Positions 25,741-38,586 of a stretch of 64,000 bases of DNA are shown piece after piece. The stretch is from assembly GCF_006345805.1 (NCBI RefSeq), contig NC_043000.1, positions 120,342,001-120,406,000 of the forward strand, read 5' to 3'. A program made the translations under genes and the position numbers. Numbering within the stretch: position 1 is the first letter of the stretch; each line of letters starts with the position of its first letter. This DNA comes from Octopus sinensis (taxonomy: Eukaryota). The notes under the pieces were generated by a model. That model was not told where the DNA came from. It was given only the letters and a program-made list of their open reading frames with translations, and did not search any database.

Positions 25741-26360
25741 ATATTGATTAGTTATTTTCCCTGTTTTCCCATCCGATTCTTCTTATCTTTTCTCTCTCCC
25801 TTTATCGGTGTGCCCTTCTTTCTCTCTGCCCCGAAGAAATCAACTCCACCTGGTTTCAAACAGAGTCACAAAGGCGCCATTGCGATTCCATCAGGTGTTT
25901 TAGTGCCAAAGAAAAGCAAAACTAAAGATCATGTTAAAGAACCACCATTGATGCAACGAAAATTTCCTGGACAGCGTGAATGTATAAATTGTATATAATA
26001 TTCAAAGCATACTTTCAGAGATATTGAAAATCAGCTATTACCTAAATAAATAAATTATCGATTTTACGAACTTTATATACACCAACACACCAGACATACT
26101 TAGGTATATAGATACGTATATATGCTTTTGTGTGTGTACATATGTGTGCCTGTGTGTGCGCGCGCGTATATATATATATGTACACTGTTAGGTATATATT
26201 TTTAAATAAATATATATGTATATATGTATGTATATATATGCATATGTGAATATGAATACACACACATATATATGTATTTATATGTTTATATATATGTGTA
26301 TGTGTGTATGTATATGTACACTCATACGTATGTATGTATAAATATATATGTGTATACGTA

Positions 26361-26407
<47 letters not shown>

Positions 26408-26411
26408 TATA

Positions 26412-26444
<33 letters not shown>

Positions 26445-27027
26445 AAGTTAAATAAAACACCCGTCTGTCAAAGACAATATAGGCTCGTGTCTGTCTGAAA
26501 TATAATTCTTGAATGATATTACTAAAGGATTTCGTGTCAAAGTCATGAGATCCGGCAAATGATAATAAAATTTTGTTGGTGAATAAATTATTGATAATTA
26601 TCTTTGTGAATTAACACACCTGTCTCTGTCTCAAGAATTTCTTCAATTGATATCGCAGCCAGGTAATCGATAACTTCTAGTCATAACCTTCTGCTGCAAA
26701 ATAATAATAAAAAAAAGAACGAAAATATATATTATACAGGAATATATCATTTAAAAGTTATTGCTACTAATACACAAAATCTATATAGCATGATTGCTAT
26801 TTGGTTTTTCGTTTCCAGACGTCGTCACTAGAAAAACACCAAACAAGAATTAGACTCATGTTATGTTTATTGGCTTCTTATATCATAAATACATTGCAAC
26901 ATTTCAGGAAGTATCATTATTTGTCCATATAGAAATAATTGTGTTTTTCTCTTCCAAACTCGAAGTTCTCTGTTTTGGGAAGATCTTTTTTTTACGTTGC
27001 CTTCGCTCTAATGAAGCATTCCTATTT

Positions 27028-27262
27028 CTTTACTACCCACAAGGGGCTAAACACAGAAGGAACAAACAAGGACAGACAAACGAATGAAGTCGATTACATC
27101 GATCCCAGTGCGTAACTGGTACTTAATTTATCGACCCCCGAAAGGATGAAAGGCAAAGTCGACCTCGGCGGAATTTGAAGTCAGAACGCAACGGCAGACG
27201 AAATACCTATTTCTTTACTACCCACAAGGGGCTAAAGACAGAGGGGACAAACAAGGACATTA
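27028..27262 (-). mobile_element. Family-A SINE dimer junction
   Basis: gacgaaatacctatttctttactacccacaagggg. Confidence 0.85.
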
Positions 27263-28629
27263 AATGTTTCCAGAATTTCGATTTATCAAGGATTGTTCCC
27301 TTCTCCATTTTCAGAGAATTGAGTTGGTTGATAGGATGTCAATCTACCGCAGCTAATATTCCAATACTGTCTAGTAGAAATTCTAGGTAAGCTAGGTGAA
27401 ATAAATCCAATTGAATTAAATGTAATAACCAACGTACACAACTAAGGTTGATTTGAATTCATTAGTTTTCGGCTCCCATTCAAAATCTTATCCACCATAC
27501 ACGTTTTTCGCATTGGAAATCGCTTTTAATGCATTGGGACAATTGCTGGTTATTTAGCAAATGAAATTTCTTAATCGCTTGCTAGTGCTACACTTAGATA
27601 TCCTACAACGAACTCCAAGGAAGGCCATTCAACTGATTGGCAATAATTCATACCTCAATGCACTGCAAAACGCCAACTCACCACCATGTGACTTCCCTTT
27701 TCAGGTTCTCTTTTTTTTTCTGTATAGCTAATATATATACGTAGGGCTGTCGACAGGCAGAACCGATAGCGGTATCTATTTTCGCTCTTTTCTATAAGAG
27801 TTCGAATCCCACCGAGAGCAAGATTGGTGTTCTTTTCGGAGTCCACAAGATATAATGCTAGTCAAGTACTGAGGGCGATACGCTACCATTTCTATCTCGC
27901 TAAAAGAAAATCGGCTGGGCTGCGTTCTGAGGAGTTGACGGAAGATAATTCCCAATGTCTCGTTGGTTCAAGACAAACCTTTCTAATTTATCGCAGTAAA
28001 AACATATGGCTCCCGAGGCTCAGGCAGTTGTATGGCACACGATGGTGATTATAAAGGCCCCTCTTCGTTTTATAAAAAGCTAAATACTTAGATACTTTCT
28101 ACATCGAGTTTAATTTAATCCCTCCACCTCATCTTCCTATTATCCTCACAAGTTTCATCTTCATGAACCCGAACTAAGCTCCCCTTTTGTTTGACTGCAA
28201 TCCCTGCAATTTCGTCCCTGCAAAACTGAGTAAGACTGAATACCAGCCACGTTAACCCCATCAGTACAGGACACATTTAAAAGATAACAAGCATTTATTC
28301 TAGTCTGATAATTTAATCGCAATGGAAATGGCAGGGACCATCACTTTTTATTGCGCTTTCGTGAATGGCGAAAGGGAGAAAGAGATCTAACGTTAAAATT
28401 TTTCTAAGAGGATGGGTAGGTTCCACTAATGACACCCTAAGACCGGATGGCTGTGTTAAACCGAGCAACGGATTAATTTATACAAGAATTGAGATGAAGG
28501 TCGTATTTCTATTCGAAGACAAATCAATTTAATGATTTACGATTATAGAATCAGAGAAAACTAGGAATTTCTTATGTCAGCAAATATGATCCTTTCTTAT
28601 TTTGGTCAATGACAGCAATTTTTAAGAGT

Positions 28630-28797
28630 AGGGAGGTCGGTTTCATCGATCCTATTGTTCAACTGGTAATTACTTTATCGACCCCAAGATGATGAAAGGC
28701 AAACTCGGCGGAATTTGATCTCAGAACGGAAGGACGGACGAAATACTGCTAAGCATTTTGTCCGGACTGCTAACGAGTCTGCCAGTTCGCCGCCTTT
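28630..28797 (-). mobile_element. Family-A SINE, diverged
   Basis: gatgaaaggcaaactcggcggaatttgatctcagaac...gccagttcgccgccttt. Confidence 0.75.
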
Positions 28798-29376
28798 ATG
28801 TCGAGAAAAATAATAAAAAGTATTTCCAACAATGGAATTTGTTTCATGTTACGAGGAAAAAAAGAATTCTAACGTTTCGGGCGGCATACTTTTGTCGAAG
28901 ATGGCTGAAAAATTAATTTGTGATTAAATATTAATCTATTGTTTTGCGTATGAAACTACTCTAGAATATGTGTGTATGAAATGCAATAACATAGCTATGT
29001 TACATAATTATGTTAGAACTAAAATTGGAAGCAAGAGAGAGAGAGAGAGAAAGAAAGAGAGAGTGAGAAAGAGAGAGAAAGGGAGGGAGAGAGAAAGGGA
29101 GGGAGAGAGAAAGGAGAGAGTAAGAGAGAAAGGGAAGAGAGAGAATGTCCGAATATTTTTTGCTAAAAAGGAATACAATAACCTAGCAAGGTAATTACAA
29201 TATTTTTAGTTAGCAAACGAAACATATAATAAGTCGTTATATGGGCGATGAACAGCGACCATCAAATTAATTGCGTGTATATTTATTCTTAACATGTTCC
29301 AATAGATTCGAAGGAGAGCAACTTTCTGTATGTTGAATGTGTGTTCATGACACACTCGATTCATTAGGGTAACGAA

Positions 29377-29424
29377 CTTTGGAACATCCGGTGTTTCGAC
29401 ATCATTGTGTCTCATCAGACAAAG
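29377..29424 (-). ncRNA. Type I hammerhead ribozyme-like motif
   Basis: Minus strand CUUUGU-CUGAUGA-GACA caauga UGUC-GAAA-CA ccgga UG-UU-CCAAAG: complete core, 4-bp stem II, stem I 5/6 paired. Confidence 0.75.
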
Positions 29425-30124
29425 GCAGCCCTGATTAATGAATTTGACAAGAGTTTGAGGCTCTTGTTTCGGCTATCAAATTGTTTACTGATGCGTGTTG
29501 ATATCATTACATTAAAACGGAGAGGATTAAGAAATATGTTTGAAGCATAACATTCAATTTCCACTTGCTTAAACCCTCCTGGTCAAATTTCAAAATATCT
29601 CGGAAAAGAAATTCATTAGAGGTGACGATTTCTTGGAACTAAATCGAGATTTAAGCCAGAATTAGATATGGTTAATCAATAGAAAGAGACGTGGCAAAAA
29701 TAAGAAAACGGCAGGAGAGAATTAAAGAGAAAGTCAAAAGGACTGATAGAGAAAGAACTGATAAAGAAAGACGTTACTGAAAAGGAAAGATAGGAGGAAG
29801 AAGGATGAGAAAGAGAGGTAGCGAAAAAGTAAATGTAAAAGAGAGAGGGAGAAAGAGAGGGGGAAGTGAGGAGAGACAGAGAAACAAGGGGGGAGAGAAA
29901 GAATAGGAGCGGAAAAAGGAGGCTAGTGATAGAAAATAGTAAGCGAAAATAACGAGAAAAGAGATTGTAAACATGAGGTGGAAGAAAAAGAGAGAGACTG
30001 AAATTAAATGCAGGATGAACAAGAACACTACTCACCGCTCGGTCAGGGGATCGAACACACGATGTAGCGATTGTGAGTGCAACAGCCCGACCACTAGGTC
30101 ACGGGCCTTCAGCATATATATATA

Positions 30125-30247
<123 letters not shown>

Positions 30248-30251
30248 TATA

Positions 30252-30528
30252 TTTACTCATACTCATTTACTCATTTACTTGTTTCAGTCATTTGACTGTG
30301 GCCATGCTGGAGCACCGCCTTTAGTCGAACAAATCGACCCCAGGACTTATTCTATCTGCTGTGTTTACGTCCCCGTAACTTAGCGGTTCGGAAAAAGAGA
30401 CCGATAGAATAAGTACTAGGCATACAAAGAATAAGTCCTGGGGTCGATTTGTTCGACTAAAGGCGGTGCTCCAGCATGGCCGCAGTCAAATGACTGAAAC
30501 GAGTAAAAGAATAAAAGAGTAAAGAGTA
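30252..30528. mobile_element. Family-B SINE 3' half preceded by an inverted copy of its own 3' end
   Basis: Arms 30252-30353 and 30428-30528. Confidence 0.88.
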
Positions 30529-31356
30529 CACACTTAATACACCGCGTACATGCATGCATAGAGACACACACGGAAAGAAAGAAAGGTTAGATGAGAGAGA
30601 GAGAGAGAGACAGAGAGACAGAGAGAGAGACAGAGAGACAGAGAGAGACAGAGAGACAGAGAGGGAAAGAGAGAGAGGGAGAGAGAAACGAGAGGGTGAG
30701 GGAAAGATGAAACAGAAACCAGGAAGAACGACTATACGAAGACAGAAGGCTAGCAGTAGTGAGAAAGGTGATGAACAATATTTTCAGTCTGGTAATAGAT
30801 TATTTGCTAATTCCAAAGAATCAGGAATACTACCAAATAATTAATGCGTCTGCAGAACTCTGAGCAAACTTTCAAATAAACGGGGATGGTTTTGCTATAA
30901 TAACATCGCAGGGAATTACAGAGCGACCAAATGACATGGCGTATTTTAGTGCCAGAAATACGTTGATTTTATGCGATAAGAAGTAATTATTGCAGACTAG
31001 CTTTCAAGCAAAGTAAGCAAGCGACAGTTACCATTTAAACCAGGCATCAAGGAGATGCATTTGGAGACGCACCCATGCATTCAAAGAATTTAGCGAAAGC
31101 AAGCATTTTCATTGGTTTAAAACTATTGAAGTAAATCAGGGCGTAGACTAAAGTATTCCGACAAACGAACGATTATATCCGGATTTTCGTCTAAAGTGTA
31201 CTATCACGTGTGTATAGATAAAAAAACATGGTGAATTAATATATTAGGTTCAATAAAGATCAAGGGTACACTTTAGGTTTTAACCTATATATTTAGGCAC
31301 GCACGTAATTTATGCGTCCACACATTTATATCGTTATGCGTATTTGTATATATGTA

Positions 31357-31397
<41 letters not shown>

Positions 31398-31425
31398 GTG
31401 AATTAAATATATATAGATACACACA

Positions 31426-31462
<37 letters not shown>

Positions 31463-31504
31463 TGTGTGTGTATGTATGTGTGTGTAGGTTATTATAAATG
31501 TATA

Positions 31505-31557
<53 letters not shown>

Positions 31558-32076
31558 ATATATACCTTCCATCTTCCGTCTCTCTCATTAACCAAATGCC
31601 CAACGAACACTGTGAAAATGTATTGTTGTTCAACGTAGAGTGGGCTTTTGTTGGCCACTGCCATCGTGCCACATACCAGACCATAGTGGATTTTATATTT
31701 TAGAAACTTCGAAATCTTATAAAAAGCAAAGTGTCACTCAACTCTGTATATACCATTGGTAAGGACACATGTTGAAATTAAGGAAATACCGGGGCCAGAG
31801 ATACCTGGATTGGTGTCGTGAAATACATCTTGGTAATATTATTTGAAGGAAAGAGAAATTCAGATATATATTATAATTATAAGGCACTAAAAGAGAATGA
31901 CTCTCCCCAGAGAGAATGCATATAATATATAATTTTCTATATATACATGTAGATGTAAGTACGTACATATATGTATGTATGTATGCATATATTTTATTTA
32001 TTAAATTATTGTATGACTGAGCGCCGTCGCGTCGTTTCGTTTCTATTCTTTTCTCCAAGTAAGTTTTTATATATAA

Positions 32077-32589
32077 CTAGCAGTATCGCCCGGCGTTGCT
32101 CGGGTTTGTAAGGGAAATAACTATATAAGCATTTTTAGAGAGTTACTTCTCTTATAGATGCCAATTCGGGCTTTCTTAGCCATTTCTGTTTTGGTGTCTT
32201 CAAGCCATGAAGTCGTTGTTCTAAAAGAACGCTGGTCTCCTTGACAACGCCTTACGACGTTGATTTCCTTACACTCCCTTCCCCACAGCTTCACGAGGGA
32301 AGGAAGAAGGGGGAGAAGCAAACAGGTGCAGGTGTGACCATGGACGCCAACTCCGCCGCCATCGACACACGAAAAATTATGCATTAAAATGGAATAAAAA
32401 ATGATGTTAAATTATTTTTAAAATCGTAGACTCATCGTAGACGCGCGCTAATACTCAGACGGGCTCGATATGAATCACGACTATAAGATACCCGAATTTG
32501 GTTAAACTGCACCGCAAAGTGTGGGAGTAGTTAGGAATCTAAATCGAAGGGGACAGACACTCACACAACTACAGTTTTATATATATAGA
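32077..32589 (-). mobile_element. Non-autonomous Helitron
   Basis: Minus strand A^TCTATATATATAAAA...CCCGAGCAACGCCGGGCGATACTGCTAG^T: TC start, CTAG end, subterminal hairpin, AT target. Confidence 0.85.
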
Positions 32590-32869
32590 TTATGACGCGA
32601 ACTCTGTAACCCTTTGCTTGACCTTTCCTTCCTTCCTGTCTGTCTTCCTCTTTGCCTGTCTCTCTCTTTCTTACTTTTCACCTTTCTGGTTTCCTTTCCT
32701 CTCTCTCTCTCTCTCTCTCTTCTCACTCCTCCTCATCTCTCTCACTGCCGAGTGGACGACCAACTTCCTTTCACTCGCAGCTTTCTACAAGTCAACAAGA
32801 CTTTTTCTTGCGATCCGAAATTTTCCATCGTCTAGGCTTAAAAAAAGCCCTCAATGTTGGTTTCATTGT

Positions 32870-33255
32870 CCTGTTTTTATTCTTTATGTGTACTGTATTT
32901 TTATTTGTATCTGTATTTTTATTTTGTATTTGTATTTGTATTTTTATTTGTATTTTTATTTGTATTGCTTTTACGTCCTGTTCTTGTCACATTTTTTTCT
33001 TTCCTTGTTTTTACCCCTCTGCAAAGGAGTTTTATTTAATTCTTTTGCAGGAAGGACTTGTTCGACCGGATCGTGTTCTGTCCTTATCTTCGAAACACGC
33101 ATTGAGTCGAACCAGGGACAGCTGATGAAGGGGAATGTTCTTTGTGTTCTTTTCTTGTACTCTGTTTTTCCGTAGTTAAAAAAAGTCCGTTTCCTAGTTT
33201 GTTTTTATGTTTTCGTTTCTCGTTGAGTTCTACGTTTATTTGTGGTGTCCTGTAC
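32870..33255 (+). mobile_element. Unclassified T-rich repeat, possibly a Penelope-type pseudo-LTR
   Basis: T-rich body with cttcgaaacac...cagctgatgaagggg; classification by resemblance only. Confidence 0.35.
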
Positions 33256-34016
33256 TCATATATATATATATTATATATATATATGCATGTATATATACAT
33301 GTAGATGTAGGTACGTACATATATGTATGTATGTATGCATATATTTTATTTATTAAATTATTATATATATATATATATTCATATATATATATTCATATAT
33401 ATATATTCTTCCAAACAAACATGATTTTTAATGAAATCCTAATACCAAAACACTATCTTTATAAGCAACGTAGCGTGAATGTTTTGTTAGAATGCTGAAT
33501 ACTGCGTTGAATACCTTGAGAGGTCCTCTGTAGGTAATAACGCAGTATTTAGCATTCTAACGAAACACCCACGTTACGTTGGATATAAAGACATATATGT
33601 GTGTGTGTGTGTGTTTGTGTGTGTATGTCTGAGTGTGCGTGTTGATGGGTGTTTTGAGTGCGTGTATGTCCCCATCTATGTGTATGTGTAAAGACTTCTC
33701 TGTCGGTGAAAGATAAAAAGATATACGCGTACGTCATCCTTGTAAGATGCATACACACACACATACAAACACACGTCCACACCTATATACATTAACATAC
33801 TCCTATAGCGTATTTATACTAAATGCAAGAGTTATTTCCATTTATCGAATTCGGTTTGTTATTCCCTGGATGTTAATTAAAATGTCTACTATGAAGTTTG
33901 AATTTTATTAATGGAGTCAAAAGCTCTAAACTTGCTTCCATGATTCCATTTTGATAGCAGACTGTTAGAGTTTAGAACTAAATAATATATATACTTATAT
34001 ATATATGTATATATAC

Positions 34017-34079
<63 letters not shown>

Positions 34080-34142
34080 TATATATATACATATATATAT
34101 ACATATACATATACATATATATACATGCATATATATATAGTG

Positions 34143-34182
<40 letters not shown>

Positions 34183-35427
34183 AGATGTATATACATAGGC
34201 ATACATATATACAAAACGTATGCATGTATGCAACATGCATGTCATTGTGTGCGTAGATATGCATGTTGTGTATATATATATGTGTGTCTATTTGCATATA
34301 TCTATAAGTCAGCACTTGTATGTGCTGCCTTTGGCAATTCAACCACAATTTTTTTGCTTGCATGTTTTTAGTTCCATTGCTGTCTTGCAATCGTTATGTG
34401 TTAATTAGCCGCATCGTTTCTGGCTTATAAGGCCTCATTTCTCAAGGCTGGCTTCCATGCCAGTTATATAATCAAAAGCCCAAATCAATACAAATGCAAA
34501 ACTAAATCAATAGAACCTGACTAGTATCTGCAGATTTCATATTAGTTTTTAGCGATGTGGTTAAATGAAAGTAATGTGGTTTAAGCCATGATAATATAAT
34601 GTCTTCCGGTTAAAATGAGCGAGGATGAATATCATTAAGAAAATACAAAGGCAAGTTAAAGATGACTGCACAGCAACATGTATTTCCGACGCTAAAGTGA
34701 AATACATCAACTGGCATAACAAGTAGAACTCTGTTAAAAAACATTACATGGCTTCAAAATGTTTCTTGAAGTTTAAGATAAATGTTGGATAAAACGAAAA
34801 ACACAGCGTCAAAGATTCTGGTTATAAATCTTACCTTTCTGAAACTGCAGAGTTGTATAAACTGCTTTCCTGTGAAAGATTAGAACTCGCTTGCAACAAA
34901 CTTACTTCCGTCCAGAATAAGTTTGGAAAAGGGCACCTTAAATAGCTGATTTTGAAACGCATGGATAGTCTATCACGTTAAGGGGTGGACAGTCCCCGGA
35001 AAACTAAATGGTCTTGACCATCATGTGATGGACCAAAATGGGTATCTAAAAGCAAAGAGGTACAATGTGGATAGCTGAAAGTAAAGAGAGAACATGCTTC
35101 TGCTACAACTTTATCTGGTTCACAATCTGGCTTATATTTGTGCCTACTGGGCAACATATTTCTACTAGTAGACGCACTTTCTGTATTCAATCCCGAATCA
35201 TTATGTCAGGAGTGTTTTTATTACGTTTCACAGAGGTTTTAAGAGGAACATCTTCCTACATTTTCTTTTATGCTTTTGACTTCTATGCCATTTAGCAATC
35301 TTGTAACTTCTGTCTTCAATTTTCATGTTCAAAAGTATCATGTGAAAGGGAATGAATTTTATACACCTTCTGGCGGCAGAATCATGTTTTATTTTCAGCC
35401 GAGCAATGTTTTGTTAGATGGAAACTG

Positions 35428-35493
35428 GTAGTATAGTGGTAAGTATCCCCGCCTGTCACGCGGGAGACCGGGGTTCGATTCCCAGCCGGGGAG
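35428..35493 (+). pseudogene. tRNA-Asp(GTC) retrocopy, 5'-truncated by 5-6 nt
   Basis: gtagtatagtggtaagtatccccgcctgtcacgcgggagaccggggttcgattcccagccggggag matches the canonical eukaryotic tRNA-Asp(GTC); the 5' acceptor strand is replaced by flank and there is one T-stem mismatch. Confidence 0.9.
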
Positions 35494-35502
35494 GCCTTAT
35501 CT

Positions 35503-35737
35503 TTAAGGCGGCGAGCTAGCAGAATCGTTAGCACGTCGGGCGAAATGCTTAGCGGTATTTCGGCTGCCGTTACGTTGTGAGTTCAAATTCCGCCGAGGTC
35601 GACTTTGCCTTTCATCCTTTCGGGGTCGATAAATTAAGTACCAGTTAAGCACTGGGGTCGATATAATCGACTTAATACCTATGTCTGTCCATGTTTGTCC
35701 ACCCTATGTTTAGCCCCTTGTGGGTAATAAAGAAATA
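35503..35737 (+). mobile_element. Family-A SINE, full monomer fused behind the tRNA-Asp copy
   Basis: Same ends as the 6121-6354 copy (aaggcggcgagc ... aaagaaata). Confidence 0.9.
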
Positions 35738-35800
35738 GGAAACTGTGTACAAGGCCGTCGTGTATGTATATTTATATGTATATAACATATATATAAATAT

Positions 35801-35878
<78 letters not shown>

Positions 35879-35894
35879 GTGTGTATATATCTTT

Positions 35895-36325
35895 TATTTT
35901 TACCTGTTTCAGCTATTAGACTGCGGCCATGCTGGAGCACCGCCTTGTATTTTTAGTCGAAATGAATCGACCCAGTACTTATATTTTCTTAAACCTGGTA
36001 CGTATTCTATCGGTCTCTTTTACCGATAAACACACCAATACCGGTTGTCAAGCGGTGATGGGGCGACAAACACACACACAAACACACACACACACACATA
36101 CATATATATATATATCTACACATACACACACACACACATATATATGTATATATATATATATACGACGGGATTCTTTCAGTTTCCGTCTACCAAATCCACT
36201 CACAAAGCTTTGGTCGACCCGAGGCTATAGTAGAAGATACTTGCCCAATGCGCCACGCAGTGGGACTGAACCCGGAACCATGTGGTTGGGAAGCAAGCTT
36301 CTTACCACGCAGCCACTCCTGCGCC
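35895..36325 (-). mobile_element. CORE-like SINE family B
   Basis: Family motifs, internal (CA/TA)n of about 95 nt. Confidence 0.88.
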
Positions 36326-36360
36326 TATATATATATATATACCATTTCTACCATTTCTAT

Positions 36361-36416
<56 letters not shown>

Positions 36417-37104
36417 GAACATATATATGTATATATTGTGTGTGTGTGTGTATTTGTCTGTATGCGCGCGTGTGCAGTTATAAGGGTTCGTTAACAATCG
36501 CGGCACATCAATATGTAAGACTCCAGAAATAGGCCAGGTACATTCACATTGAACTGACAGTAAAATATTACTACACTGTAGACATCAAATGCTGACAAGA
36601 TACTGTAGTTATATTAGCATCAATTTCAGATAATAACCAATGATTGTTGCTGCGTCATAAGTACAAAATAGTATCACACGAATGGCGTCTAGATTAGTGA
36701 AAGATGTTTCAGAACTTTATTCAATGTAGCCATAAAACATTACACCATGTACTATTCCACCATCTTCAGGCTTAATTTAAACGCTCACCCGAGACATAGT
36801 CTACTGACTTCGGCTGGAGTTCTTTTCAAAATGAACATTCAAATTTATCGAAGTGTATGTAGGTGTGGTCTAATAGAGGCAATTAACAAACGGAAGATCA
36901 TGGTAAGATACAACGAAGATAACGTGTATACATGTATGTATATATTTATATATGTGTGTGAGTGCGTTTATATATATATGTATGTATGTATTTGTCTATA
37001 TGTATGTTTCAAGCGTTTGTATATATATATCTCTATATATTGAGGATGTGTATCTATATAAGTGCACAGCAATGTATATGAGGATATATATGTGTATATT
37101 CTTA

Positions 37105-37500
37105 TATTTGTTTCAGTCATATGACTGCGACCATGCTGGAGCACCACCTTTAGTCGAACAAATCGACTCCAGGACTTATTCTTTGTAAGCCTAGTACTTA
37201 TTCTATCGGTGTCTCTTGCGGAATCATTAAGTTGCGGGAACGTAAACACACCAGCATCGGTTGTCAAGCGATGGTGGGGTCAAACACAGACACACAAACA
37301 CACATGCACGTATATATATTTATATATATATATATACATATTCGATTGGCTTCTTTCAGTTTCCGTCTAACAAATCCACTCACAAGGCTTTGGTCGGTCC
37401 GAGGCTATAGTAGAAGACACTTGACCAAAGTGCCACGCAGTGAGACTGAACCCAGAACCATGTGGTTGGTAAGCAAGCTACTTACCACACAGCCATATAT
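37105..37500 (-). mobile_element. CORE-like SINE family B
   Basis: Family motifs. Confidence 0.88.
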
Positions 37501-37689
37501 ATTACAGTGATGTACTTGCATAGCAAGTGAATTGACCTGAGAATACACACAAAAAACGTTAGATTCTCTTCAACATTTAAACCTGTTCAATAAAAACGTT
37601 TCGTGGTGCATTTGTATATACACACAAACACACACACGTGTAATATTTTATATATATATATATATATATATAAATATATATATATATAG

Positions 37690-37920
37690 TGGAGGCATAT
37701 GGCCTAGTGGTTAGAGCAGCGGACTCGAGGGATCGCGGGTTCGAATCTCAGACCGGGCGATGTGTGTGTTTATGAGCGAAGCACCTAAGCTTTACGCGAC
37801 TCCCGCAGAAGGTAATGGCGAACTTTCTCTCACTCTTTCCTCCTGCATCTGGCAGCTCACCTGCGACGGAACGGTGTCTCATCCAGGTGGGGAACCTATA
37901 TGCCAAGGACACCGGCCCTT
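37690..37920 (+). mobile_element. tRNA-derived SINE with family-D head and body and family-C tail
   Basis: Head and body as at 25352; ctgcgacggaacggtgtctcatccaggtgggga as at 11480-11500. Confidence 0.75.
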
Positions 37921-38366
37921 ATTATACCAGATAATCCACCTATACATCTCAGTAACAACAGCATATCTTATACTGCTCTGGATATGTATGCATATTTGTA
38001 TCTATGTACGTATATACGTATGTATATATAGATAGATATATATGTATAAATTTATACACACTTTACATATATTTTTAATAAATTTTACATTGTATTTATA
38101 TACATATATATATGTATACATGTATATATGTATGTATGTATATATAGATATGTATACATATATATATATAAAACAAATAAGATGGAGAAACACATTAGTT
38201 GGTTTATCAGCTTTAGGATATTACAATGTTGACTTATTTATTTATCAAAACGCCAATCATAATAACATACACATATACAGTATAAAATTCAATGCATACA
38301 AGTAGTTATTAAAAAAAACATTAATATAAATTATTAGAATCATTAAAATCACTTACAGCTGTTCAG

Positions 38367-38482
<116 letters not shown>

Positions 38483-38586
38483 GCACTTCCTTCCTTCAGG
38501 TGAACTCACCACATGCAACCGTTATTTCGGGAAGGATTCTGTCTCCACTTTCTGTTTCCTCTCTCCATCTGTTTTCTCTTCACAGT

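Noticed and set aside
28865-28910. Minus-strand cccgaaacgttag
   Set aside because: The 3' half resembles a hammerhead but there is no CUGANGA.
29206-29415. 69-aa ORF
   Set aside because: No recognisable motif; the sequence is better explained by the hammerhead motif it overlaps.
35422-35493. Functional tRNA-Asp gene
   Set aside because: The 5' acceptor strand cannot pair at three positions, the T stem has a mismatch, and the copy lies inside a TSD.
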